Part shown: positions 1 to 13,052 of the stretch, one piece after another | Numbering within the stretch: position 1 is the first letter of the stretch | Layout: each line of letters begins with the position of its first letter | Assembly: GCF_018977255.1 (NCBI RefSeq) | Contig: NW_024704743.1 | Span: forward strand, 33,668,001 to 33,732,000 | Direction: 5' to 3' | Length of the DNA: 64,000 nt | From: Callorhinchus milii | Taxonomy: Eukaryota | Notes under the pieces: generated by a model | The model's input: only the letters and a program-made list of their open reading frames with translations | Told to the model about the DNA's origin: nothing | Databases searched by the model: none | Made by a program: the position numbers and the translations under genes

Positions 1-2955
1 GTGAGGAAGCTTGAGGGCAGCACCGTGTTTCCTCACTCCGTGATCCAGGGTGTCCGATCATTCTGAAGAGCAGCTCTCTAGCTACGTGCTGCGTTGGCAT
101 TGTTGTCCCACGTTGAGCAACATTGCTCTACCACACAGGTTTTTTTTCAACAAAGTGCGCTTTCAATCTGAATGTAATTGCATCGTGGTGTAATTCCACA
201 ATAGAACGGCATGTTAGCAATTACTAGTGATAAATGGGGCATTTAGTTTGTATTAGAACAAATCAGTCAGATACTGTGCTATTAGGAATGCCATAGCCAG
301 GCAGAATTTTTTTTTATTTCTGCCATACGTCCTCTTAAAAATGCAGGCAATGTTTACATTTCAAGCACAAGCTGCTTTGAACAGCTTGTATGTGACACTG
401 AACCAGAAATGTGGCATTCAATGTTTTAAAAGGTCAAGGTAAAAATCTAGAAGTGATTGGAAGACGTATGTGTTGCAGAATGAAACGATCCTGTGATGGG
501 AATTAGTTTATAAGCTGGCATTGTGTTGGAGATTTGACATAAAACACATAGACTGAATTAGAGCTTTGTTTATATTTGCCAGCTACCTTTGACCAGTGAG
601 GGGAAGTAACTCGTACATTTGTAACTGTAAAGCTGTGAAGAGAGAATTTTACAGCCATTGTGTTTTGTGCTTGTGGACATCAACAGGAGGATGGAGTCTT
701 AGCTGCTCAGACACAGCCGGGAGCCAAGTCGTATTGTCTTAACTTTGGTGTAATTAAGTAAGAAGCCGTCTCAAGTTAATTCATTTTAAAATCTGAAAGG
801 TGGTCTGGTTCCTCGTAACCCTCGGGTCTAAAAGCAGGAACTGTAACCCGGCCCCGAGATGGAGCAGACAGCTACAAATTACATTAGTTTGGGATATGGT
901 GAATTTGGAATTCCAGGTCTCTGCTTTCTGCCAGTTTCATGCTCGTCACACTGAACCCGGTCTGGGATCGTGCCAGAAAATATTCATTGTTCACAGAGGC
1001 CAGCGACTACAGTAACATCTGACTTCCATTGTCGCTTCACTTTCTTTTCCTACATCCGTTTTAACTTTGGGGGCATGTGGGATTTTCAGCTGAGAGGATA
1101 GAGAGCTCATTTCCAGGCCTCCTCTCATTGGCTCCTTTTAGCTGACTGCCACAGGGGCTGAATTACTACATCCTTTACTGCCTATATTTTGTTCTTTCTG
1201 TCTGATTTTTGGAAGAGAGGTCCACCACCTCTGTCCAACACCACATCTTTCATTCGCTTTCCCTCTCTCCTCCTGTCCCCCCAGCAAGCCGTTTTAATCC
1301 TAACCTCTGATACCAAATTTGAGGAGGTCATGGAGTTGGCAATTTAATTATGAGTAAATGTGACCAAAAACACTTATCCAAAACTCCATCCCCCCAAAAA
1401 TCCTCACCTACACCAAGGTCTCCATATACACAATAAGCAAAGCAGGAGCTACAGGAGCAAAACGTAGTGCAATAGTGAAAATGTAGTGCAAAAAGGCAGA
1501 CGGGAATTGCTTGTTTCATCTTAAAATGTTTTGAGCAATGGTGGATTATCGTAAAACAGTTGAGGTCAGTTGGGGCAATTGGGAAGATGGAAACAGTAGT
1601 CAATGGTGAACGAGAATGTCAAGTTGTGTTAAATTGCCAAATGCTCAAATTAAGCCTATTTCAAGTTTTCTGGGTTTCAGTTCCTTTCATCCAAAGTGCA
1701 GTCGTCATATGTGTTCCTTAGAGTGCATGTGCAGCCATTGCAGTTGACAAGTGAGCAGCTGTTGTCTAGTTGGAACTACAGTGATGAGTAAAGGCGTTTT
1801 AAATAACACAAAGTGGCGACAATTGACATTTAATTTTAGTTTGTCGAACATTTTGTTTTCTCTGAAGAAGTGGTCAGCTGTCAGAGATGTGTTCAGAACG
1901 TGAGCTGAGAAGGAGGCTGGCGTAATTTATAGATTGCTTTTTTAACAGGTTTGTGTTTTTGGGCAAGAAAGTGCTGCGATGGGGTGACTGGCAACAGTCA
2001 CAAGGTTACCATGTGACCAGATATCACTCTGCTTTGTGTTTTTCTTCATATTTTCTGAGAAGGTACAAAACCACCTTATATTACAAACTCTAGAACCGCG
2101 GTTTGGTTGGTTTAGCTACTGCCCATGTTTGAAACCAAGCGGTACAGATCCAGAGAGGGTCAGGTTTTAATGCTGGGTATTTTGTCGAAATTGTACTCCG
2201 AGCATGTCCCAGGAAGCCCGCTCAATATGGCTGTCCAGTGCGCTCTGTTGGGAAGTGTACCTGATTGGGATGGATATCAGGATCTGGTTTGACTGCATTG
2301 CCTGGACAGTCAATGGCTGCAATGAGATAGGTCATTTGGGTTAGTTACTGGAGGGTGCTAACACTCGGACTATGCACCAGAAGGAGTCCATACCTTCACA
2401 AGAGAAGGGAATCTGCTCAAATAATGATAAATCCTTGCATTTGATCAATGTAAATAAGAAACGATTCCTTCATAGTTACTGTGATCTGCAGTGCCACAAA
2501 TCTGTACAATCACACTACCATTTGGCTTCTGATGTCCAGGGGAATAAGCTCTGTCTGCACCTGTGTGTGTGAAAAAAATATGAAATACCAGACCTAACTC
2601 TCCTGCATCTTCATTGCTAATAAGTAATGCAGTCAGGCCCACTTGTTTAGATGTGTTCTCCTCTGGGTCTCCATTCCTTCTGGGTCTCCTGATCAAAGGC
2701 CTTGTTACGAATACTGCTTTGTGTTATGGGGATTGCTTTTCTGCTCACTCCATGTTTTACAACCAAAGCACACACCTACCTATTAGACTTGCCGAAGGAT
2801 TGATTCTGTGTCCATGAGGAGAGATGGTTGTAATTTTGTCGGTGCGATCACTTAACCGTTGATGTCACTGCACATCCTCGTTGGTCATCAGGTCGGCTGC
2901 TGATGGCACTTCCTGCGTTCAAGTCAACCGCAGCACATCCACCTTAGAAGTGGAC

Positions 2956-3021
2956 CAACAACAACAACAAAATTACATTTGTATAGCGCCCATCACGTCG
3001 GGAGGACGTTGCAAGGCGCTG
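2956..3021 (-). mobile_element. Ultra-short L2 3' tail (similar stubs at ~3350-3411, 5755-5815, 10058-10250, 18700-18755, 23972-24028, 47130-47185, 53485-53620, 60133-60190)
   Basis: The reverse complement matches the 15400-15470 L2 tail: acgtcctcccgacgtg stem-loop, gcgctata-aaatg and (TTG)n. Confidence 0.8.
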
Positions 3022-4477
3022 AGGATATGTCTTATAACTGGGTTCTATGTATATGGTTTGATCTTTGGCAGTGAGAGGTTGTAGTCATATCAATGAAACC
3101 TGATCTAATCTCGGGAAGTTTCCGAGCGGTTGAAACTTTTGGGCGGCTGAAAACTAAACCCGAAACAAAGATCAAGCTATTTGCCAAGTTATTCACTGAG
3201 TGGTGCATCACATGTGTAGAGAGAGGGTGTTTAAATCACTGCAGGGTGAAGCACACATTTGCTATGTGTTGTTTCCTCCCCCTGCCCCATCAGAGATGAG
3301 CATGTGTCGGGTATTGTGTTCTTACCTTTAATTTTAGAGCATAATATGGACGACAACAACAAATTACATTTGAATATAACCTTTCACGTCGGGAGGATGT
3401 CCCAAGGTGCAGGGCTTGTGTTTGATGACTGGCTTATGAGCAGTGTCCTCTCAACACAACGACTTGTGTTAGGAGGCCGTTCTGATTGGAGAGTTTTTTC
3501 ATACGCTGAAGTTTAACTTCAGGATGATTGTAATGTAATTCCTCTGAGTTGAGCGCTTCCCCCTCTGCATGTTGCGTGGTTTGCATTACTTGCACAGTTG
3601 GAAGTTCCTTCCAATCATAAAGCGACATCAGAGGTGCCGCAATGACCCTTCCTATTGAACAGCAACAGACTAGCGTGAGGTGGGGGGAAGAGAGAGAGAT
3701 TGGAAATCGAGAGCCTGAGACTATTTAGGGGAAATGAGAAATGATCAAAAATGGCTTATTGATTCATATAAAACCAGACAGCCAAATTGGGTTTTATCTT
3801 CTTACCAGACTGCACATCCATAATAGCCCAATTTACAGCTTGGATAAATCTGCATTGTGGGACAGGAGCACAATGGTCTCTTCCTGCCTCAGTCCAGTCA
3901 AAGCCGCAGGTTGAGTCTGAATGCCGATGTGATAGTTACTCTGCCAGTTTTTTTAACGATAAAAACAATCTGAAATCGATCCATTCCCCCACTGGCTTTG
4001 TCTGCTGGCAGTGTCTGGGTGTCTTGCTGATATGAATCCAACATTTGGTGTGTGGCGACTTGATCCGTAAAAGCTAGGAGATCGTGTTCAGTCTGGAGCG
4101 ACATTTCATCGCTGGCATATAAATTGGGTTCAAGTTCCTCAATTCATCCTTCAAGCACGGCAGTTTGATAATAATTATGATCCTCGCATTTGATACAGCA
4201 CGTTGCATCTCCAAAAGAGGTGTCAAAGTGCTTTACAGGATTTAATGTAAAATATAGTGACTGGCTTTATAGGTGAACGAGGCAGCCAATTTATGCACAG
4301 CAATCTCTCAGACAGCTGTGTCGTGTCTATCTGGGGGATTGTTTTGCAGGGCATACACCAAGTTGATATACCTCTGTAATGTATATTTCTGTAACGTTTT
4401 GTCTTCAATCCCTCCATCTTGCCCACTCCTTACCTGTCTTTGGATCACACCTGAAGACCTTCCTCTTTGACCATGCC

Positions 4478-4478
<1 letters not shown>

Positions 4479-4508
<30 letters not shown>
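4479..4508. repeat. (TC)n microsatellite
   Basis: Direct reading. Other simple repeats: (GT)n at ~16957-16979, 38110-38136 and 38828-38848; (TC)n at 57431-57451. Confidence 0.9.
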
Positions 4509-6140
4509 GCTCGCTGTGGCTCGGCATCAAGCTCCGCCATTGTTAAGTGCTCTGACACTATTCTGCGTAAAGGGGGCTGTATAAATGCAAGTTGTTGTTG
4601 TCGTCTCAAAGCGCTTCGCATGCACTTACTGTCCGATTTAGTGACTGTTTATTTGTTGGCAAGCGTGGTAGCCAATCTGCACACAAGATAGCAAAATCCC
4701 ACTGACAGCCATGAAGTGAACAATCTATTCATCGAGAGGATTGCTGGTCTCAGTATGTGTCTGTCTGATTCTCTCTGTGTCTGTCTTTATATCTCTGTCA
4801 GTGCCTCTTTCTCTCTCTTTCTCTCGCTCTGTGCTTGCGTGTCTCCGTGTGCGTCTCTTTCTTTATCTCTCTTCTCTTTGTTGCAGTAATAATTGCTGGA
4901 AAGGCCAGCTGGGTCGGTCACAATTCTGATTAAGTTGTTGCCAGAGGTAACTCAAAACTGGTTTGAATACCTTACAACACATGGCAGGAGCAAATCAAAG
5001 TCAGGAAACTGCAGCTAGGAATCTCACAACAGTCCCGGCTCATACCTAATGTAGCATTGGTTTATATGGTCTATCCACTTCGAATGGTTGCAGCCCCTGA
5101 TACCTAGAGAATCCCATTTATCAAACTATACGCTTCAGAAAGTGGCTTTTATTTTTAGTGGACTTTGCTTCCAGTCCTGTTATAAAATGAGTGTCTCTGC
5201 AGATATAATTTAGGGTCTGGCCTCCCGCTGTTACGCCCCCACCCCCGCGCTGTGTGTCCCCCCTCCCTCCCCGCCGATCCTGAGTCTTCAGGCCAGGCAG
5301 GGGAGCTGTTAGACGGTCTGCCAGAGAGCAGCATGATGGGTCTTGGCAGCTCTTGGCTTGTCCACCAGGAGGGACATCTCGACTGCAATGCCCCAAAGCT
5401 AACGCTCTTCTTATTTTCTGAACACAGTGCTGTTCTGCATCTGCACATCTGTTCAGCTTTTACTCTTGAATTGACTGACCCTATGATAGTCTTGTGGGCT
5501 TTTTTTCTCTCTTCTCTTCCCTGCCAGGGGTTTGGGGGTGAGGAAGAGAGGTGGGTTAGAGAGGAGAAGGGTATGGGTTGGTCAGTTTCACAAAAATAAG
5601 TGCATCCTTCTCCCCTGAGACGATCACTACCCACCACCATCTTGCAGCATTGCTCCACCTAACCTTGCATTGCTTCTGTACTGCACACTTCTACTAGATC
5701 AAGCAATGAGACATGTTTCAGGCCAGTCACTGATACATATCAGCAAAAGAAAAGTAACAACAATTTGGATTTATATAGTGCCCCTCATGCATGGTAGCGC
5801 CCCAGAGCCCTTGACAGTGGTGGACCATGAAGCTGAAAGACGAGAAGTGACCATAGGCTCGATCGCAGTGGAAGGACTTCAGTATAAATTTTTCTTTATC
5901 TTGTGTAACTAAATTGGTTTAAAATTATATTTTGTAAAAAATTTTTAAGGTGGAAGAAAAGTTTCCTCTTTCCTTTTCCACCCCTACCACAGACATACGT
6001 ACAGACACCCCACCCACACGAAAATTGCCTGGGATTGTATCCTGTTTCTGGTGCCTGCAGCCGTCTAGCACAAAACTCTCCCCACAGTCCAGCTGTCTTA
6101 CTGACCAGTGAATGTGGACAAATAACCCTTGTATGTGAGC

Positions 6141-8760
6141 CAAACAACTTGCACTTATATAGCGCCCTCCATGCAGGGTAGCATCTCAGAGCGCTTAACA
6201 GTGGCGGAGCCTGACTCCGAGGAGGGGGGAGGTGACTGTAAGCACGGTCGAACAAGAAAGTTTTCAGGCGGGACTTGAAAGAGGGGAGAGAGGGGGCAAG
6301 GATTGAGGGAGAGAGTTCCAGAGTTTTGGGGCTTAGTAACTGAAAGCACGACTTCCAGTGGTGGGGCGGAGGGTGCGAGGGACGAGCAAGAGGCCGTTGC
6401 CAGTCAAGTAGAGGTGTCAGGTGGTGGATTGGGGAGTGAGGAGGTCGGAGAGGTAGGGAAGTGCCAGGGAATGAAGGGATTTGAACATGAGATTGAGGAT
6501 CTTGAAGTCGATCCGTTCAGTGATGGGGAGTCAGTGGAGCCTGGCCAGAACTGGGAAGATGTGGGTATGGAGTGTGGCCCTGGTCAGTATGCGGGCGGCA
6601 GAGTTCTGAATGAACTGGATCTTGTCGATGGCGAACCTGGGGAGACCGGCGAAAAGTGCTTTGGAGTAATCCAACCTGTAAGTGATAAACCCATGCATGA
6701 GGGTTTTGGCAGAATTTGGGTAAGGTACGCTTGGAGGCGGGCAATGTTGCGGTGATGGAAGAAAACGGTCCTGATCAAGGGCCAGATATGGAGGAGGAGG
6801 GACAGTTGGGGTCGAACTGGATGCCTAGATTGTGAACTGATTCGATGAGTCTGAGAGAGAGCCCAAGAAGGTTGAGGGGTTTAGATCCGCAGGATTGAAG
6901 ACATTGACAGGAGCCAAGGAGTGTGGCTCCGTCTTGTCCGTATTCAGCTGCAGTAAGTTTACACTCATCCAGGCCTTTATGTCTACCAGACAAGCTGATA
7001 GAAAATCGTGGACCTGGAGTTGGTACTGGAGGAGGCAAAGTAGATTTGTGTGTCATCCGCATATATGTGGAAGTTTATTCCATGTCTGCAGGTGACATCG
7101 CCCAGAGGGAGCATATAGATAAGGAAAAGAAGAGGGCCAAGGATAGAGCCCTGGGGTACCCCACAGGTGACTGGGCGGAGGTGGGAGGAGAGACCATTTG
7201 CTGAGATGAAATGGAGGCAGTTGGTTAAGTAGGACTTGAACCATGTGAGTGCGGTTCCACTAAGATACGTAAGGTAGGAGAGCTGATGGAGGTGGACGGC
7301 GTGGTTGACTGTATCGAATGGGGCAGAGAGATCCAGGGGGATGAGGAGGCAGAGGGAGCCCTGGTCACAGATAGAGAGAATGTCGTTTGTGACTTTGACA
7401 AGCACTGTCTCTGTCCTGTGGGCAGGGCGGAAACCAGACTGCAGGGGCTTGAGGAGGGAGTGTAGAGAGAGGTGTGACCGAAGTTGACCTGCAATAATGC
7501 ATTCCAGGACTTTGACAAGGAAAGGTAGGTTGGAAATGGGACCGTAGTGTGCGAGTTTAGAGGGATCGACGGTGGGTTTTTTGAGGAGGGGTGTGATAAC
7601 AGTAGTTTTCAGGGGGAGTGGAACAGAGCTTGAGGTGAGAGACTGGTTGACCATGTCGGCCAGCAGGGGGAAGAGAAGGAGGCAAAGGAGTGTAAGGGTT
7701 AGTAGCAAGAGCTGTGGCGGAGGGGGGAGGACGATGCAGCCAAGTGGATGTTCTAAATTTTTGAGGCAAAGAAGTCTAGGAGCTCTTCACACTTGGCGTT
7801 TGACGTGAGAATAAAGAGGGCTTGAGGGGGTGCACGGAGGAGGTGATGGATGGTGGAAAACAGAGTCATTGAATTGTTGTTTGCCTTCAGGATGACTTTG
7901 GAGTAAAAGTCAGTTTAGGCCTGTGAAAGGGAGAGGCTGTAGGTGTGGAGGAGCTCGAGCCACAGCTGGCAGTAAATCATGAGACAGAATTTCTGCCATC
8001 TGCGCTCGAGCATCCTGGTTTGTGTTTTGAGTGAGCGACGATGGCCGTTGTACCAAGGGGAGCGGGTGGGTTTGGAAACCACCCTGGATTTCAGGGGAGC
8101 TGGGGAATTGAAGGTCGTGGAGAGACGGTGATTCAGCAGCTTGATGGCTGCATCAGGATCGCTGCGGATGGAGGGCCAGAAGGAGAGGAGGTCTGAGGAA
8201 AAGAGGGCATTTGTGAGGGACTCGGGGAAGCTTTTTCCATGGGCGGAAAAAAAACGGTGGAGGGCTTTGAAAAGGGGAGGGGGATGCGTGAGGAGAGAGA
8301 GATGAGGAAATGGTCCGAAGTGGCCTTGTCCCTGATTGACAGTTCGGAAATGTCAACGTCATGTGTGATTACAAGTTTGAGGGGGTGGCAACGGTTGTGT
8401 ATCAGCGAGTCGATTTGGAGGGTGAGGTTCAGGGAGGAGAGGGGGGCAGTGAAATCACCCATTATGAGCAGGTGTTCAGTACAGAGGGATACAGATGAAA
8501 GGAGAGGAGATATCAGTGAGGAAGGAGCCAGGGGGTTTTGGGGGGGGCAGTAAACCAGTAGGATTTTGAGCGACAGAGAGGAGGGATGGTAGAGGGTGAG
8601 GTGCTCAAAGGAGGCAAAACATCCAGAGGAATAGGAATAGACCAAGGGAAGCTTGGGAGATGAGGGCTACCCCACTGCCACGTTGGTTGGGCGGGGGGTG
8701 TGATGAAAAGTGTAGCCAGGAGGGAGGCTTCAACGAGGGGGACGGGGTCACCAGGGGAAA
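6141..8760 (-). mobile_element. L2 LINE remnant, ~2.6 kb, degraded ORF2 (APE endonuclease + reverse transcriptase) with 3' tail
   Basis: ORF 6983..7708 has LQSGFRPAHRTETVL, GVPQGSILGPLLF and YADDTQIY (RT motifs). Endonuclease-like SFEHL / SDHFLI motifs and RGSGVALI lie near 8133-8690. The L2-type tail gcgctatataagtgcaagttgtttg is on the minus strand at ~6141-6170. Multiple frameshifts. Confidence 0.93.
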
Positions 8761-9330
8761 GCTGGCGGGGTCAGCAATGTCACTGTTGCGTAGGGGAGTT
8801 CAACACGAGCAGGTTCACTCGCAATGTCATTGGGTTGGGAGGGAGTGGGTGATGGGGGGTGGGTGTGAGAGAGAGAGAGAACCCACTCTTGCTCTTCCCC
8901 GAGCCAGTTGAAGTGGCAGAAGCCTGGAAGCAGGCCATCTGGCTACCCTCTCAGCTGGAAGGGAAGATAATTGTAGTTTTTTTGGAGGCGGAGGGAGAAG
9001 ATGATAAACTTCCCTTGTTTATTTTTTTCCTTTCCCTCCACACTGCATTCCCTGATCTCCTTGAGCGAAACATCAACAGCAGCTGGATGAGTGGATGGAC
9101 ACCTTCTGTCATTAGCACTCTGGACCTACAGCAGCGCAGCCTGGGGAGAACCTCTTTGGTATTCTCTTTCCTGTTTCCTCCCTCCGCTCCCCCCATCCTG
9201 AGTTTCAGGCTTTTGCCAGGGAGTAAAATAACATTTTGAGAAGTGGCAAAATGGAACACTCTTCAGTACAAGCTTGGTTAAGGGGAAGCATGTGCAAGAG
9301 TGCTACAGGCACAAAAGTTGCTCATTATCA

Positions 9331-9710
9331 TAATAATAGTAATAATAATCCTTGCATTTGATATAGCGCCTTATCGCGTTTTCGAACCTCTCAAAGCGCT
9401 TCATCGAATATAGTGTAAAGTGAATTGACTGTATTTTGTGGGCGAAACGCAGGAGCCATTTGTGTCCCGCAGCAGTGTCCCACAAACAGTCGAGGATTGA
9501 AGTAACCAATTTATTGTTATTATATTTGGAAGGAATTATTACCCCGAAAAAGCAATCTGCCAATCGACTAACAATCCGATTCCTACTTATTGCTGGGTAA
9601 ACAGGCGTGTGGAATAAGGAAACTTGTCCAGCATTTTCCCCTGACGGGAATCGGACCCAAGCCTCTCACTTGCGAGGCGAGTGCACAAAGCACTAAACTA
9701 CATGGACTCC
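9331..9710 (-). mobile_element. Young tRNA(Ala)-headed SINE, full length (long form)
   Basis: Reverse complement of the element at 50669-51052: head, CORE-like segment, Deu-like segment and (TTA)n tail. Confidence 0.9.
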
Positions 9711-10537
9711 CAATAGTCTGTGGATGCTAACTCTGGATCTGTCATTGTTCACCTTGCTCTGGTCTCAGTGCAGTTAACATTGGTATAGGGCAGTGGTGGC
9801 ACAAACACACACCCTATACACATAGTTGGGTCCTCCCGATCAGGCACTTTCCCAGAAGAAGGACGATGAGTCTAGAGCAGCATCTCCACATCTGTTGCTC
9901 AAGTTGGTTACATCTATGAGCAGATCACCTGCCAGGGTAGTAGTTAGAAAGGTTATCACCAACATGAGGTGGGGTAAAAATAACTTGGAAAGGGGAGAAA
10001 ATACATAGTGTTGAGAAAAGTGTGTACTGTATACAGTAGACATAAGTTCTACAATACAAAATTTGAATAGTGCCTTTCACATCGGGAGCACGTCCCAAGA
10101 CTCCGGACAGTCAGGAATCTGGACTGGGGGGTTTGGGGATCAGGGTGGTTGGAGGACAGGGAGGGTAGGAGGGTGGCCTATGGCTGGGTTGAAGAGCAGG
10201 GTCTTGAGATGTGCCTTGAAGGAGACAAGGGAGGGAGCGAGGCAAAGGGAATGTGAAAATTATTGGGAGTATGTGGCATTACTTTTGTGCTTAATTTTTT
10301 GTCGCATGTGCTAATCGTTTTGCCACTGTGTTTTGTATGTGTGAGTGAGTAAGATCTGAACTTTCACCAGTCTCACTTTCTGAGATTTTGCATACCGGAA
10401 AACCCTTTAAATCATAGATGTGTTGCAGCTGCTTGCTGTGGCTTTAATGTCTGTTGGTCCAACCCTTTGCTCGTATGAAAATGCAGCTTGCTTGGCTTAA
10501 GGTCCCACTGAGCGTGGCCCTTTCTGTTGATTTTGAG

Positions 10538-10965
10538 TGTCAGCTTGGCTCAGTTGGTAGAGTTCTCGCATCTGTGCCAAAAGTTTTGGCTTCCAGCCCC
10601 ATGCAAACACTTGAACTTCTAGTGCAGTTTCAAGTGCCAATCTGTAGTACTGGGGAATTGCTGCACTGTTAGAGGTGCAGTCCTTCAGGTGAGGCATTAA
10701 AGCGAGGCCTCATCTGCCTGTTTTTAGATGGCTGTTAAAGATCTCGTGTCACTATTTTAAAAGAGAAGCAATTTTTTTCTCTCTCTCTCTCCTGGTGTTC
10801 TGGCTGATATTCTTCCTGATAAACTGGTCATTCACCTTGTTGCTGCTGGGGCAGGTGGCTGTCACATATTGCTTCCAAAAACAGTCCCTACACTTGAGAG
10901 TATTAATGACTTGTGAAGTGCTTTGAGAGTTTGACTTGCTGAGATGTTATCAAAAATGAAAGATT
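10538..10965 (+). mobile_element. Older tRNA-headed Deu-type SINE (SacSINE1/AmnSINE1-like)
   Basis: Head gtcagcttggctcagttggtag; body gctgcactgttagaggtgc...catctgcctg...ttaaagatctcgtgtcactatttt...cctggtgttctggctgatatt, typical of DeuSINEs as I recall them. Confidence 0.75.
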
Positions 10966-12554
10966 CTTTTTATATTTATACACTGGGAATACGATTGGTA
11001 AGATGATGTGCTGTTTGTGTTCAGATTATACCTTTCTGTGTGTTTCTCTCCTGTGATCGCTTGCCAACCTGTGACTCATACTTTCTGGGTTTAGGCAAAT
11101 GGATAATAAATCCCTCAGGGGAAGGCGAGAGAGCACTCCATTCCAGACAAAGGGAAGTTTGCATGGCTACCTGTAACTTTCAGTAGATTGGTTTGGATAC
11201 TCTTTGAGCATGCTGAGGAGTTTCTGCATGTGTCAGACAAAAGAAAAATCACCCACCAATGGATTGTGTGCAGAGGCTAGGGATAGTTGTTTTTTGACTG
11301 AGTTTCACACACACATATATATATTTACATATAATATATGTATGTCACATACGTATGGAAGTTTCTTTGAAATAGAATGTGCACTCTCTACCAGGAGGGA
11401 TCACCACTATCCTCCTGCCCACCGTTCAGACAAACATCCCTACCCACTGAGCAATGCCTCTCCACTGGTTGGAGATGTGGAGTTCAAAAGGAAGCTGCTT
11501 GCCTCTGAAACCAATGAAGATGGATTCCAAGCCCTGGGTGTATGAACGTGTGTTTAGGAACTCAGACTCCAGATAATGCCTTCCAGCTCTTGTCACCCCA
11601 AGTATCCTCATCAGCTGTCTGACAGACATCTGCCTTCAGCGGAGCGGGAGGACCTTTACAGGGCAGCTTGTGATGTGCCAGCCATCTTGATTTTGAGTTC
11701 CACAAGGGCTGTTGTTATAGCAGGAGGGACAATACAATGTGGGCCTCATCAGCGTTCAATGTCCTTGTTTGAAATTTACATGTGAGATTTTTTCAGAAAA
11801 GGGGTTGTTCGAGAATGTGGCTTAATTTTACCTGTATCAGGCAGACTGGAACCTGAGTCTGTGATCTCTCCTGCATTTTTTTTTTCTTTTTCTCTCTCCT
11901 TCCCCCTGTCCCCACTCCCTCAAATTTAAATCTACTGAAGCCACTGCTGAGATCAGCTTACTCAACACTAAAGGGGGATCAAGCATCTGCAGAGTTTGGT
12001 CTGTGTGGTTTTCACCTGGACAGTCCTTTCACCAACTGAACTGTCAGGGGAGTTTATTACCTGGATACTTGATCCATTGTACAAAACATTTTTACAGAAA
12101 CTACCAGGGGGTTAGTTAATACTTCTGAAGCTTTCTGCTGCTGTACATTCTGTAAATCGACATTGCATGCTATTGACTGTGAAGTTAAACACCCATTTTC
12201 TGGAGGTGTTGAGTGAATAGTTATTTATTGTTGGGTGAATGTTTATTGTTGGGTGAATACCTGACTGTGATGAGGAAACTCTATCCGTGGTTGAGATTTG
12301 TATTGAAAATGTGAATTTTGTTGGGAACATCTTTTGGAAGTTCGTTCCTGGTCACTTTGTCACATAATAATTTCATTGCTCTTTGTAGGATGTTATTCTC
12401 AAATGGCTGCCATGTTCGCTTACAAAATACGGTCACTTCACTTGACTGCAAATCCTGTAAAATGCTTTTGAGATGTTTTGACGCATGATGAAGAGCTATA
12501 TAAAATGTAAGGATTATTCATTATTTATAATTCATATTCATAATAAATAATAAT

Positions 12555-12860
12555 TCTTGCATTTCATACAGCACATTTCACATCAGGACATCTTAAAACA
12601 CTTTGCAGGATTTACTGTGAAGTGTAGAGATTGTTTATTTGTAGGTGAATGTGGCATAGCAGTGCATTTGGCATAGCAGTGTCCCATAGACAGCTATGAA
12701 ATGACCAATTTTACTTGGGGGGGGGAACGGGACTGTTGGCCAGGACGTCGGGGGGAAAACTCCAATCTCTTTTCCAATAATGGCATGGATCTTTAACATC
12801 CACCTGAACAGACAGATCTTCAGACTCAAGAGGCGTGAATGCTACCAACTGAGTCAGCCT
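12555..12860 (-). mobile_element. Older Deu-type SINE
   Basis: ggatctttaacatccacctgaacagacag and gctaccaactgagtc (reverse of the head). Confidence 0.75.
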
Positions 12861-12952
12861 GTGACAATTATAGATTGAGACGGGGAGGAACAAGGCTAAT
12901 GGATTAATTAAAAGAGTTGGGTGTGCCGTATTACTGGGTTGAAATACAACAC

Positions 12953-13052
12953 GTGGATTAAACACCCACTGTTCCTGTTGTTCCTTGCAACAGCAGTGCA
13001 TTAGGCATAGCATAGTGGATTAAACACCCACTCTTCCTGTTGTTCCTTGCAA
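12953..13052 (+). repeat. 38-bp direct repeat (1 mismatch) flanking a 24-bp insert
   Basis: gtggattaaacacccactSttcctgttgttccttgcaa at 12953-12990 and 13015-13052. Confidence 0.95.

Noticed and set aside
9826..10008. QKKDDES...RVVVRKV resembles the JARID2 N-terminus (QKKYDDSDG...RVVRKV)
   Set aside because: Spacing and intervening residues do not match the highly conserved exon 2 (no PWSEE, no LYLSLKEFKN); treated as chance. Exons 1-2 lie upstream of the window.
12224..12258. Short tandem duplications (tttattgttgggtgaat x2; also gactcgctacagg x2 at 27478-27518)
   Set aside because: Ordinary slippage-type duplications with no further structure.
12953..13052. Minimal CRISPR array
   Set aside because: Only two repeats, eukaryotic context, no cas genes; better explained as a templated insertion.
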